A stretch of DNA of 64,000 bases. It comes from an uncultured Lachnospiraceae bacterium (GTDB lineage Bacteria > Bacillota > Clostridia > Lachnospirales > Lachnospiraceae). Below are positions 21,241-31,227 of the stretch, piece after piece. The notes beneath the pieces are model-generated. The model did no database searches. It was not told where the DNA came from and saw only the letters and a program-made list of their open reading frames with translations. The stretch is taken from NCBI GenBank assembly GCA_905196345.1, contig CAJJVD010000003.1:770-64769 (forward strand), in the 5' to 3' direction. Position 1 is the first letter of the stretch. The number at the start of each line of letters is the position of its first letter. The position numbers were made by a program, and so were the translations under genes.

Positions 21241-22182
21241 ATGGGAGAGAACAGAAAAGAACAACAGATTTATCAGATTCTTGCAAAAAAAATACGTATA
21301 CTTTTGCAAGGGGAACAGTTGGAACTAAATAAACTGCAGGAAATACGTCTGCGAGTTGGAAAACCATTGATACTTGTGTATAAGAACAGGGAACTGATAC
21401 TACCTGTAAATAGAGCGGAAAAGTATCGTGTTACAAAAGAAGATATGCGTGAAACACTGGATTATATCTGCCATTATTCATTGTATGCTTATGAAACAGA
21501 AATGCGGCAGGGGTTTATTACGGTGGAAGGAGGGCATCGAGTGGGAATAGCTGGAAAGGTAATATTGGAGGATGACCAGATTAAAAATATGCAGTACATA
21601 TCGTCTATGAATGTACGGGTGTCACATGAGGTTGTGGGGTGTGCTGATAGTGTTTTACCTTACATTACAAGGAATAGAGAAGTTTGTCACACATTGATTA
21701 TTTCTCCACCCCGGTGCGGTAAAACAACATTGATCCGGGATTTGATCCGGCAAATTTCAGATGGAAACGGATATGTAAAAGGCTGTACAGTCGGCGTAGT
21801 GGATGAGCGTTCTGAACTGGGCGGGTGTTATTTGGGAATTGCGCAAAACGATATGGGAATGCGAACGGATATTTTGGACGGCTGCCCGAAAGCGGAAGGG
21901 ATGATTTTGTTGATTCGTTCTATGGCGCCGCGGGTGCTTGCAGTGGATGAAATAGGAGGGGAAGATGAGGCTAGGGCGCTGGAATATGCAATGCAGTGCG
22001 GGTGCAAATTAATCGCCAGTGTGCATGGGAAAGATTTGGATGAGATAGCGGAAAAGCCAGGCTTGCAAGGATTGGTGATGCACAGAAGATTTGAGCGGTA
22101 TGTTGTGCTGGATGATGGGAAATATCCAGGAACGATAAAAGAAATTTATAATGAACAGGGGAAGGTGTTATGCAGAAATTGA
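21241..22182 (+). CDS. spoIIIAA: Stage III sporulation protein AA (ATPase)
   Basis: Walker A SPPRCGKTT; first gene of an eight-gene spoIIIA operon. Confidence 0.85.
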   Translation: MGENRKEQQIYQILAKKIRILLQGEQLELNKLQEIRLRVGKPLILVYKNRELILPVNRAEKYRVTKEDMRETLDYICHYSLYAYETEMRQGFITVEGGHRVGIAGKVILEDDQIKNMQYISSMNVRVSHEVVGCADSVLPYITRNREVCHTLIISPPRCGKTTLIRDLIRQISDGNGYVKGCTVGVVDERSELGGCYLGIAQNDMGMRTDILDGCPKAEGMILLIRSMAPRVLAVDEIGGEDEARALEYAMQCGCKLIASVHGKDLDEIAEKPGLQGLVMHRRFERYVVLDDGKYPGTIKEIYNEQGKVLCRN

Positions 22183-22688
22183 TCGGAGCTTCCATGATTC
22201 TGCTGGCAACCAGCGGGGCGGGAATGATTTACGGTTTGGAACAGCAATGTTATCTGGAAAAGCTAATTTATATCCGGCATATCGTGTATATGTTAAAAGG
22301 AGAGTTGGATTATGCGAACATTCCGTTGGGGGAAGTGTTCGGAAGGGTTGCAGTACGAGTGAAGGAGCCCTATCGCAGATGGCTTCATGCGTTGGAAAAA
22401 CAAGTAGAGAACAGAGAGGAAGATGGATTTTTTAAAATATGGATGCGTAGTATAGACCGGTATTTGTCAGAATTGCATCTGAAAAGTGAACACGTGATAC
22501 AACTAAAAGAATTGGGGACCTATTTGGGAAAAATGGACAGTGTGTCTGAGAGTCGGAATCTGCAGTTGTATATAGAACGGCTGGAGTTGGAAATAGAAAA
22601 GGCTCGAAGTGGACTGGCATCGAAAAAAAGAATTGGGAACTGTCTGGGGGTGATGGGAGGACTGTTTTTGATTGTGATTTTTGTCTAA
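22170..22688 (+). CDS. spoIIIAB: Stage III sporulation protein AB
   Basis: Size, N- and C-terminal TM segments, position. Confidence 0.8.
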   Translation: MQKLIGASMILLATSGAGMIYGLEQQCYLEKLIYIRHIVYMLKGELDYANIPLGEVFGRVAVRVKEPYRRWLHALEKQVENREEDGFFKIWMRSIDRYLSELHLKSEHVIQLKELGTYLGKMDSVSESRNLQLYIERLELEIEKARSGLASKKRIGNCLGVMGGLFLIVIFV

Positions 22689-22697
22689 GGAGGAAAC

Positions 22698-22892
22698 ATG
22701 AGTATCAATCTGATTTTTAAAATTGCTGCAGTAGGAATTTTGGTATCAATCTTAAGTCAGGTGCTGAAACACAGTGGGCGAGATGAACAGGCATTTCTTG
22801 TGAGTTTTGCAGGGCTGATTCTGGTATTAACCTGGGTACTTCCGTTTATATATGAGCTATTTGAATCTGTACAGCGCATGTTTTCTTTGTAG
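22698..22892 (+). CDS. spoIIIAC: Stage III sporulation protein AC
   Basis: 64-aa two-TM protein in the conserved position. Confidence 0.75.
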   Translation: MSINLIFKIAAVGILVSILSQVLKHSGRDEQAFLVSFAGLILVLTWVLPFIYELFESVQRMFSL

Positions 22893-22912
22893 AAAGAAAG
22901 CGGAGAAAGGCA

Positions 22913-23308
22913 GTGAAAAAGATGAATATGATACAGATTGGCATGATCGGTGTGCTTGGTGCATTGTTGGCAATTCAGTTTAAGGGTGGAAAAACAGAAT
23001 ATGGAATCTATTTAAGTGCTGCGGTCAGTATGCTGCTGTTTGTATGCATTGTAGACCGGTTAGAGCTGTTTGTGGGGACGATAGAAGAAATCAGTCGGTA
23101 TATAACGATTGACAGAGGGTATATTTCTACAATGTTAAAAATGATTGGAATTACATATATTGCAGAATTTGCATCCGGCATATGTAAAGATACAGGATAT
23201 CAGACCATTGCAGTTCAGATTGAAATCTTTAGCAAACTTACAATTTTGGCAATGGGGGTTCCGGTATTGCTTGCTCTGTTGGAAACGATACAGGAGTTCC
23301 TGTTATGA
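22913..23308 (+). CDS. spoIIIAD: Stage III sporulation protein AD
   Basis: 131-aa membrane protein; IGIAYIAEF motif shared with B. subtilis SpoIIIAD. Confidence 0.8.
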   Translation: MKKMNMIQIGMIGVLGALLAIQFKGGKTEYGIYLSAAVSMLLFVCIVDRLELFVGTIEEISRYITIDRGYISTMLKMIGITYIAEFASGICKDTGYQTIAVQIEIFSKLTILAMGVPVLLALLETIQEFLL

Positions 23309-24480
23309 AAGAAAAGATTGGAAGATGGATATTATGGATAGCGTTTGTTCTAATGTTGGTAGAAAATTCAATTTCTGTGAAAGCAGCCGAAGAATCTATA
23401 GCTGCAGATACCTTGGAAAAAGTACAGTTACAAACAGAAGAACGAATTTTAGAAGAGCTTGATTTTTCAGAGATTGATCAAAGCCTTGGGAAAATTTTTC
23501 CGGAGCAGAAAATTCGGTTTCGAGAAGTATTGGAGACCTTCCTTATGGGAGAAGAAGATCAACTAAAGGAAACAGCGATTCAGTATGTATCTGATTTGTT
23601 TGCCTATGAATACAGAAATCAGAAGAAAAATCTGGTTTATATGTTGTTACTTGCAGTTACAGCAGCAGTCTTTGCTAATTTTTCCGGTGCACTGAAAAAT
23701 AAACAGGCATCTCAGATTAGTTTTTATGTATTGTATATGTTGTTGATTACAGTGTGCTTAAATACGTTTCGTATGGCAATTGGTGGCGTGGAACATCAGT
23801 TAGAACTATTAAGTGAATTCATGAAAGTGCTCTGTCCAGGCTATTTTCTTGCAGTTGCATTGGCATCCGGGAGCAGCAGTGCACTGATTTTTTACCAAAT
23901 CGTTCTTTTTGTGATCTATCTTGTGGAAGTTTTTATTTTGGAATTTCTTCTGCCGGTTGTCCATGTATACATTATGGTACAGGTTATGAACGATATGTTG
24001 GGAGAAGAAACGTTGTCAGAATTTGGAGAACTTTTGAAAAAAACAGTTCTTTGGAGTTTGAAATCATTGCTTGGTCTCGTCATTGGAATTAATGTGATTC
24101 AAGGATTGTTATCGCCTGCGATTGATACATTGAAACGTACTACAGTAAGCAAGACGATTGAGGCGATTCCAGGAATTGGGAATACATTTGGTAGTATGAC
24201 AGATGTTGTCTTAGGAACAACTGTTTTGATTAAAAATGGAATTGGTGTAGTAGGGGCTGCTCTTGTTTTAGGGATTTGTCTGTTGCCGATTGTACAAATG
24301 GTAATATTGACATTTTTGTATAAAGTAACGGCTGCTTTGGTACAGCCGATATCGGATAAACGGATTACGAACTGTATTGGTGGAGTAAGTTCTGGTTATG
24401 AATTGATTTTAAAGGTATTGTGTACAGTTATGGTTTTGTTTTTGCTTACGCTTGCAATTGTAACGGCGTCTACTTCGTGA
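23305..24480 (+). CDS. spoIIIAE: Stage III sporulation protein AE
   Basis: Signal peptide plus polytopic membrane protein of SpoIIIAE size and position. Confidence 0.8.
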   Translation: MKEKIGRWILWIAFVLMLVENSISVKAAEESIAADTLEKVQLQTEERILEELDFSEIDQSLGKIFPEQKIRFREVLETFLMGEEDQLKETAIQYVSDLFAYEYRNQKKNLVYMLLLAVTAAVFANFSGALKNKQASQISFYVLYMLLITVCLNTFRMAIGGVEHQLELLSEFMKVLCPGYFLAVALASGSSSALIFYQIVLFVIYLVEVFILEFLLPVVHVYIMVQVMNDMLGEETLSEFGELLKKTVLWSLKSLLGLVIGINVIQGLLSPAIDTLKRTTVSKTIEAIPGIGNTFGSMTDVVLGTTVLIKNGIGVVGAALVLGICLLPIVQMVILTFLYKVTAALVQPISDKRITNCIGGVSSGYELILKVLCTVMVLFLLTLAIVTASTS

Positions 24481-24509
24481 AACGACAAAGAAAGGGAAGA
24501 AGGTTGGAT

Positions 24510-24869
24510 ATGTTGGATACGGTGTATAGCTGGATGAAAAATACAGCATTCTATCTAGTAATTATGACAGCGGTGTTGGAGGTTCTTCCGGGAAATACGT
24601 ATAAAAAATATGTTCGTTTTTTTACCGGACTTGTTCTGATTTTACTTGTGTTATCTCCTGTTTTGAAATGGACAGGAACAGTTGATACTTTTCGATTAGA
24701 ATATAAGCAACAGGAGGAAAAATTTCGAGCAGAGATGGAACGACAGCTGGATTTTGAAGAAGGGAGAGAAGAGCCGGTGCCGGTAGAAAGGAACCGGATT
24801 GAAGTGGAGGAAGTCAAAATTGGAGAAATGGAAGAATCAGATATGGAGCTGGATTCATTCGGAGAATAG
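24510..24869 (+). CDS. spoIIIAF: Stage III sporulation protein AF
   Basis: N-terminal TM pair and acidic C-terminus; ATG at 24510 with a GGGAAGAAGG RBS (track ORF starts at 24420). Confidence 0.75.
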   Translation: MLDTVYSWMKNTAFYLVIMTAVLEVLPGNTYKKYVRFFTGLVLILLVLSPVLKWTGTVDTFRLEYKQQEEKFRAEMERQLDFEEGREEPVPVERNRIEVEEVKIGEMEESDMELDSFGE

Positions 24870-25443
24870 ACTGCCAAAAAAGAGTCAATTGCTCCTTCTG
24901 CTTTTGGTGGGGATGTTGCTATTAGTGATCGCAATTCCGGTTACTCCTTCCGGAGAGAAAAAGGGATCTGATACATTCCAAAAGGAGACAGGAGAAACAG
25001 GTGTGAAGCAAAGTGGACAGATGAATACAGATACGATGGAAGAATACGAAGCGATTCTGGAACGAAGAGTTGGGTCTGCGCTTGAGTATGTAGAGGGGGT
25101 TGGAAAAACAGAAGTTATGATTACGTTGAAATCCTCTTCGCAAAAAGTTGTGGAGAAAGATCAAACGGGGGATAGCCGTACTACAGAGGAAAAGGATTCT
25201 GCGGGGGGAACAAGGACAGAAAAATCACGAAGTTCAGAACGGACAAGCGTCTATACGCAGTCAACGGATGGAACGCAGATTCCGTATGTAAGTAAAGAGT
25301 TGACTCCAGAGGTAGAAGGGGTTCTGGTGATCGCAGAGGGTGGTGATAATGCGGTTGTAATTCAAAATATTACAGAAGCAATTCAGGCATTATTTGGAAT
25401 TGATGCGCATAAGATAAAAATAATGAAACGGACAGCTACATAA
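24799..25443 (+). CDS. spoIIIAG: Stage III sporulation protein AG
   Basis: Single TM followed by a YscJ/FliF-like ring-building domain; TTG start uncertain. Confidence 0.7.
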   Translation: MKWRKSKLEKWKNQIWSWIHSENRLPKKSQLLLLLLVGMLLLVIAIPVTPSGEKKGSDTFQKETGETGVKQSGQMNTDTMEEYEAILERRVGSALEYVEGVGKTEVMITLKSSSQKVVEKDQTGDSRTTEEKDSAGGTRTEKSRSSERTSVYTQSTDGTQIPYVSKELTPEVEGVLVIAEGGDNAVVIQNITEAIQALFGIDAHKIKIMKRTAT

Positions 25444-25458
25444 AAAAGGAGGGTTTCT

Positions 25459-26061
25459 GTGAAACGTATTTTTAAGAAAAATCAGATTATAATTGCAACT
25501 TTGGCGGTGATGATCGCCATAGCCGGATATTTGAATTATTCCGGTGTACTGTTTGGAAAAGATCCGGGAAGTACGGAAGCGAATACAGATATGGTGAACC
25601 AGGAACTGTTGGATATTTCAGAAGAAGACGTGTCATCGGGCGAAATAGCGAGTAATGATGCAGAAGTGGAAGGAACACCTGGGGAGGCGGTGTTGACAAA
25701 TGGGACTGCAGATACAACTGTAGCACAGGCGAAGGTGTCCAGAGAGCAGGTGCGGGCACAAAACAAAGAAACACTGCAAGGAATTATTGATAACGTAAAT
25801 ATCAGTGAAGAGGAAAAACAGGATGCAGTGGCGCAGATGGTGTTGATGACGCAATTGTCAGAGCAGGAAGTCGCAATTGAAACATTGATGGCATCCAAAG
25901 GTTTTTCAGAGGCTGTTGTGAATTTGACACAGGATTCAGCTGATATTGTAGTTAAGGCAGAGGAGCTGACTGATGCGAATCGTGCACAGATTGAGGATAT
26001 TGTCACAAGAAAAACGGAAATTGCACCGGAAAATGTTGTGATTACGCCGATTCATGAATAA
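25459..26061 (+). CDS. spoIIIAH: Stage III sporulation protein AH
   Basis: Single TM plus soluble domain; GTG start with AAGGAGGG RBS. Confidence 0.75.
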   Translation: MKRIFKKNQIIIATLAVMIAIAGYLNYSGVLFGKDPGSTEANTDMVNQELLDISEEDVSSGEIASNDAEVEGTPGEAVLTNGTADTTVAQAKVSREQVRAQNKETLQGIIDNVNISEEEKQDAVAQMVLMTQLSEQEVAIETLMASKGFSEAVVNLTQDSADIVVKAEELTDANRAQIEDIVTRKTEIAPENVVITPIHE

Positions 26062-26171
26062 AAGATTGCGGCTGTCCGATACTTATGGTAGAATCTAAAG
26101 TTGGTGCATCGCACTTTTATGATGTATCAGTTGTTAAGAAATGGATGATAAAATGTACAGGAGATAGAATT

Positions 26172-27761
26172 ATGTCAGATATTACAAATGAAATAAAAAA
26201 ACGTCGGACATTCGCGATTATTTCTCACCCTGATGCGGGAAAGACTACCTTGACAGAAAAATTTTTACTTTATGGTGGTGCAATCAATCAGGCGGGATCT
26301 GTAAAAGGAAAGGCAACAGCCAAACATGCGGTGTCCGACTGGATGGAAATCGAAAAAGAAAGAGGTATTTCTGTTACTTCTTCTGTATTGCAGTTTAATT
26401 ATGGGGGATTCTGTATTAATATTCTGGATACACCGGGACATCAGGATTTCTCTGAAGATACGTATCGTACACTGATGGCGGCAGATTCAGCAGTCATGGT
26501 CATTGATGCATCGAAGGGGGTAGAGGCGCAGACAAGAAAGCTGTTTAAGGTCTGCGTCATGCGCCATATTCCAATCTTTACATTTATCAATAAGATGGAT
26601 AGAGATGCAATGGATACGTTTGAACTGTTAGACGATATTGAGAAAGAGCTGGGGATTGCCACTTGTCCGGTAAACTGGCCGATTGGATCCGGAAAAGGAT
26701 TTAAAGGGGTATATGACCGGGCAAAGCGTGAAGTTGAGTTGTTCTCTGATACGCAGAAGGGAACAAAAATGGGAGAGGTGCAGAAAATTTCAGAGGAAGA
26801 TCCGGATCTTGAGGCAGTGATTGGTTCCGATGCAAAAGCAATTTTAGAGGAAGAAATTGAACTTTTGGATGGAGCAGCGGCAGAATTTGACCAGGAACTG
26901 GTGTCTAAAGGAGAGTTGTCTCCAGTATTTTTCGGTTCTGCGTTGACAAACTTTGGAGTGGAAACATTTTTGAAACACTTTTTGAAAATGACTTCGTCTC
27001 CATTACCGCGTATGTCAGATCATGGGGAAATCGACCCGATGACAGAAAAAGATTTTTCTGCTTTCGTGTTTAAGATTCAGGCTAATATGAATAAGGCGCA
27101 TCGCGACCGTATTGCATTTATGCGAATCTGTTCAGGAAAGTTTGAAGCGGGGATGAATGTGTATCATGTGCAGGGCGGTAAAGATGTGCGTTTGTCGCAG
27201 CCGCAGCAGATGATGGCAAGTGAAAGGAAAATAATTGAAACTGCATGCGGTGGAGATATTATCGGCGTATTCGATCCGGGGATTTTTTCTATTGGAGATA
27301 CTCTTACTACATCGAAAGAAAAGTTTGCTTATGAAGGAATTCCGACATTTGCTCCGGAACATTTTGCGCGTGTCCGCCAAGTGGATACTATGAAAAGAAA
27401 ACAGTTTGTTAAGGGGATTAATCAGATTGCGCAGGAAGGTGCAATTCAGATTTTCCAGGAATACAATACCGGAATGGAAGAAATTATCGTAGGTGTTGTA
27501 GGTGTTCTGCAGTTTGATGTGTTGAAATATCGCCTGGAAAATGAATATAATGTGGAAATCCGTTTGGAAACACTGCCGTATGAGCATATTCGCTGGATTG
27601 AAAATGATGAGATTGATATGGACAAGCTTACTGGAACGTCAGATATGAAGAAAATCAAAGATTTAAAAGATAGACCGTTGCTGCTGTTTGTGCATGAATG
27701 GAGTATTCGAATGACACAGGAAAGAAATGAAGGATTGATTCTTTCAGAATTTGGCAGATAG
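26172..27761 (+). CDS. prfC: Peptide chain release factor 3
   Basis: GTPase motifs AIISHPDAGKTT, DTPGHQDF, NKMD; RF3 length. Confidence 0.9.
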   Translation: MSDITNEIKKRRTFAIISHPDAGKTTLTEKFLLYGGAINQAGSVKGKATAKHAVSDWMEIEKERGISVTSSVLQFNYGGFCINILDTPGHQDFSEDTYRTLMAADSAVMVIDASKGVEAQTRKLFKVCVMRHIPIFTFINKMDRDAMDTFELLDDIEKELGIATCPVNWPIGSGKGFKGVYDRAKREVELFSDTQKGTKMGEVQKISEEDPDLEAVIGSDAKAILEEEIELLDGAAAEFDQELVSKGELSPVFFGSALTNFGVETFLKHFLKMTSSPLPRMSDHGEIDPMTEKDFSAFVFKIQANMNKAHRDRIAFMRICSGKFEAGMNVYHVQGGKDVRLSQPQQMMASERKIIETACGGDIIGVFDPGIFSIGDTLTTSKEKFAYEGIPTFAPEHFARVRQVDTMKRKQFVKGINQIAQEGAIQIFQEYNTGMEEIIVGVVGVLQFDVLKYRLENEYNVEIRLETLPYEHIRWIENDEIDMDKLTGTSDMKKIKDLKDRPLLLFVHEWSIRMTQERNEGLILSEFGR

Positions 27762-27810
27762 CCGGGAACTGTGGAAGAACACTGGAAGAAACAGCGATAT
27801 AAAAACTTGT

Positions 27811-27838
27811 TTGCAAATGATGTGATATTTGGTATAAT
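27811..27838 (+). promoter_or_regulatory. Sigma-A promoter (TTGCAA-16-TATAAT) upstream of asp23
   Basis: Near-consensus hexamers. Confidence 0.5.
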
Positions 27839-27874
27839 ACAAAAAGAGATTGGACCAGATAGGAGGTTTTTGAT

Positions 27875-28258
27875 ATGGCAAAGGACGAAAGAAAGAATTA
27901 TACAATACAAAATGACAATAGCTTGGGAGAAGTGCAGATTGCGGATGAAGTTGTTGCAATTATAGCTGCGTTGGCTGCTACAGAAGTAGAAGGCGTGGAT
28001 TCTATGGCTGGCAATGTGACCAATGAACTGGTGAGCAGACTTGGAATGAAGAACCTTTCAAAGGGGGTAAAGGTAGACGTTTTAGAGGGTGTAGTGACCG
28101 TTACATTGGCGTTGAATCTAAAATATAATTACAGCATCGTAGAGGTAACTGCAAAGGTTCAGGAGAAGGTGAAGGCTGCCATTGAAAATATGACTGGGTT
28201 GGAAGTTGCGGATATTAATATCCGTGTTGCCGGTGTAGAGATGAATTCTCAGGAGTGA
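27875..28258 (+). CDS. Asp23/Gls24 family envelope stress protein
   Basis: Asp23 family similarity; equivalent of yqhY upstream of nusB in Bacillus. Confidence 0.8.
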   Translation: MAKDERKNYTIQNDNSLGEVQIADEVVAIIAALAATEVEGVDSMAGNVTNELVSRLGMKNLSKGVKVDVLEGVVTVTLALNLKYNYSIVEVTAKVQEKVKAAIENMTGLEVADINIRVAGVEMNSQE

Positions 28259-28348
28259 GAAAAACATTTGTAAGGGAAATTTTTGGAAATAGGCAGTTGC
28301 TGTGGAGAGTTGTATCTTGCCAAGATATGACTCTCTGTAGTATAATAG

Positions 28349-28376
28349 AGGATGTCGTTAAGACATCCTTTTTGCT
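28349..28376 (+). terminator. Rho-independent terminator after asp23
   Basis: AGGATGTC-GTTAA-GACATCCT followed by TTTTGCTTT. Confidence 0.55.
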
Positions 28377-28461
28377 TTGCCAAAAAACAGGAATTCATGC
28401 GGTAAAGCAGTTTTTGTCACAGTGTGTATGACATAGAAGGAACAGGCAGAAAGGAGCCAGT

Positions 28462-28860
28462 ATGGTAAGAACAGAACTTCGCGAACATATCTTTAAGATG
28501 GTATTTCAACTAGAGTTTCACAATCCGGAGGAATTGCCGGAGAATCTGACACTATATTTTGATAGTCTGGAGAATGCTGCGGATCGTGATAAAGAATATA
28601 TTGAACAGAAATATAAGGCAGTGGTTGAGAAAGTAGTAGAGATTGATGAGATGATTGATGCTAAGAGTGAAAACTGGAAGACAAAACGTATGAACAAGGT
28701 AGACCTTGCAATTTTACGGCTTGCAGTATATGAAATGAAATGGGATGAGGATGTTCCAACAGGTGTTGCAATCAACGAAGCAGTGGAACTGGCAAAGAAG
28801 TTCAGTGGAGAGGGAGCACCGGCATTTGTAAATGGTGTGCTTGCGCGTTTGACAGAGTAA
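28462..28860 (+). CDS. nusB: Transcription antitermination factor NusB
   Basis: NusB family similarity and conserved position. Confidence 0.85.
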   Translation: MVRTELREHIFKMVFQLEFHNPEELPENLTLYFDSLENAADRDKEYIEQKYKAVVEKVVEIDEMIDAKSENWKTKRMNKVDLAILRLAVYEMKWDEDVPTGVAINEAVELAKKFSGEGAPAFVNGVLARLTE

Positions 28861-28869
28861 GGAAAAGTT

Positions 28870-30114
28870 ATGCGTAATGTTTATACAGTCAAACAGGTGA
28901 ACAATTATATTAAGAATATGTTCACACAAGATTTTATGCTGAATCGTATTTATGTAAAAGGGGAAGTATCGAACTGCAAGTATCATACTTCCGGACATAT
29001 TTATTTTTCATTAAAGGATGAGTCCGGCACAATTGCCTGCGTGATGTTTGCAAGTGCAAGGTCCGGGCTTTCTTTTCGTATGCAGGAAGGCCAGACAGTG
29101 ATCGTGCTGGGAGCTGTCAGTGTTTATGAAAGAGATGGAAGATATCAGCTTTATGCGAAAGAGATTATGCTGGACGGAGTAGGGCTTTTATATGAAAGGT
29201 ATGAGGCACTGAAACAGGAACTGGAAGAAATGGGAATGTTCGCTGCTGAATATAAACAGCCGATTCCGAAGTTTGCAAAGAAAATCGGAATTGTAACCGC
29301 ACCTACGGGCGCTGCAATACGAGATATCATTCATATTGCAACAAGGAGAAATCCATATGTGCAGCTAATTCTTTATCCGGCGCTTGTGCAGGGCGAAGAG
29401 GCCGCAGCCAGTATTGTAAAGGGAATTCAGGTGATGGAGAAGCAGGATGTAGATGTTATCATAGTCGGACGTGGCGGCGGATCCATAGAAGATCTTTGGG
29501 CGTTTAATGAAGAGGCGGTAGCAAGAGCCATTTTTCATTGCAGGATTCCTGTGATTTCAGCAGTGGGGCATGAAACAGACACTTTGATTTCGGACTATGT
29601 GGCTGATCTGCGTGCGCCGACACCGTCAGCAGCTGCTGAATTGGCGGTATATGAGTATAGTGCTGTGGAAAATACACGCAAGGAATTTGAACTTCGATTA
29701 AAACGGCAGATGCAGCTGAGAATTCAGTCAGAAAGAAATAAGGCTGAACGGATGGCATTGCGACTAAAATATACACATCCAAAACAGAAATTAAATGAAA
29801 AAAGACAACAGGCAGTGGATTTGGAGAATCAGCTGCGTATGTTGATGAAACAGAAATTAGATGAGAATCGTCACTGGTTAGCGCTTTATATCGAACAGAT
29901 GAGAAGATTATCGCCTATTGAGAAGATGAGTCAGGGATATTCTTATGTTGAGAACCGGAAACTGGAGAATATCCATAGTGTGTCACAGGTGAAAAAGGGA
30001 GAAGAGATACAGATTCGTTTGGCAGATGGAACGATTCACGCAAGTGTTACCGGAACGAAGAAGGAGGATTTGCCATGGCTGAAAAAAGAGAGGAAACACA
30101 GGAACTCACATTAG
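28870..30114 (+). CDS. xseA: Exodeoxyribonuclease VII large subunit
   Basis: OB-fold N-terminus and catalytic domain; overlaps xseB. Confidence 0.9.
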   Translation: MRNVYTVKQVNNYIKNMFTQDFMLNRIYVKGEVSNCKYHTSGHIYFSLKDESGTIACVMFASARSGLSFRMQEGQTVIVLGAVSVYERDGRYQLYAKEIMLDGVGLLYERYEALKQELEEMGMFAAEYKQPIPKFAKKIGIVTAPTGAAIRDIIHIATRRNPYVQLILYPALVQGEEAAASIVKGIQVMEKQDVDVIIVGRGGGSIEDLWAFNEEAVARAIFHCRIPVISAVGHETDTLISDYVADLRAPTPSAAAELAVYEYSAVENTRKEFELRLKRQMQLRIQSERNKAERMALRLKYTHPKQKLNEKRQQAVDLENQLRMLMKQKLDENRHWLALYIEQMRRLSPIEKMSQGYSYVENRKLENIHSVSQVKKGEEIQIRLADGTIHASVTGTKKEDLPWLKKERKHRNSH

Positions 30115-30299
30115 AAGAACAGTTTCAGGCATTGGATACCATTGTAAATAAACTGGAACGGGAAGAGGTTACTTTGGAAGAATCTTTTCAACTCTATCAT
30201 CAGGGGATGACCTTATTGAAAAAATGTAATGAGACAATTGATACCGTAGAGAAAAAAGTATTAATGCTGGATGAGGATGGGAAAACATATGAATTTTAG
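30075..30299 (+). CDS. xseB: Exodeoxyribonuclease VII small subunit
   Basis: 74-aa coiled-coil protein following xseA. Confidence 0.85.
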   Translation: MAEKREETQELTLEEQFQALDTIVNKLEREEVTLEESFQLYHQGMTLLKKCNETIDTVEKKVLMLDEDGKTYEF

Positions 30300-31179
30300 A
30301 GATGAGCAGGAAAAACGGGTAAAAGAGATTGAAGAGATTTTAAAAAAGAGACTTCCGTTAAAAGAGGGGAAGCAGAAACAAATTATGGAAGCTATGGAAT
30401 ATAGTCTTCTGGCAGGTGGAAAGCGTCTCCGACCTATGTTGATGCTGGAGACTTATCGATTGTTTGGCGGGCGTTCTTCTGTTATCGAACCTTTTATGGC
30501 GGCATTGGAAATGATCCATACCTATTCTCTTGTACATGATGATCTTCCGGCAATGGATAATGATGAGTATCGAAGAGGTCGTAAAACGACTCATGTTGTA
30601 TATGGAGAGGGAATGGGGATTTTGGCAGGAGATGCATTGTTAAATTATGCATTTGAAATAGCTGCCTCGGCTTTTGACATGGAAGATGTTGATGCTGCAA
30701 AGATTGGAAAAGCAATTCAGATTCTATCCGGAAAAGCTGGGATCTATGGAATGATAGGCGGACAGGTTGTAGATGTTTTGTCTACCGGACAGGAAGTGGA
30801 TGGAGAAACACTGGACTTTATTTATCAGTTAAAAACGGGTGCACTGATTGAATGTGCGATGATGATTGGCGCCGTTCTAGCCGGTGCGGACAGTGAGCAG
30901 GTTCAAGCAGTGGAACAAATTGCAGCAAAAGTGGGAATGGCATTCCAAATTCAGGATGATATTTTAGATGTGACCAGTACGGCTGAAGTATTGGGGAAAC
31001 CTATTCACAGTGATGAGAAGAATGAAAAAACAACATATGTGACTTGGAAAGGTTTGGAAGAAGCAAAACGGGAAGTTGCCCGGTTGTCTGAAGAGGCAGT
31101 TGGGGGATTGCGACAATTCCATCCGGAAGACGATTTTTTGGAGACATTACTGCTTTCTTTGATCCATCGGGATAAATAG
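30289..31179 (+). CDS. ispA: Farnesyl/geranyl diphosphate synthase (polyprenyl synthetase)
   Basis: DDLPAMDND first Asp-rich motif and QIQDDILD second motif. Confidence 0.85.
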   Translation: MNFRDEQEKRVKEIEEILKKRLPLKEGKQKQIMEAMEYSLLAGGKRLRPMLMLETYRLFGGRSSVIEPFMAALEMIHTYSLVHDDLPAMDNDEYRRGRKTTHVVYGEGMGILAGDALLNYAFEIAASAFDMEDVDAAKIGKAIQILSGKAGIYGMIGGQVVDVLSTGQEVDGETLDFIYQLKTGALIECAMMIGAVLAGADSEQVQAVEQIAAKVGMAFQIQDDILDVTSTAEVLGKPIHSDEKNEKTTYVTWKGLEEAKREVARLSEEAVGGLRQFHPEDDFLETLLLSLIHRDK

Positions 31180-31227
31180 AAAATACTGTGGGATCGTTTG
31201 TGAATTTAGCGAAAAGGGGTACACCTT

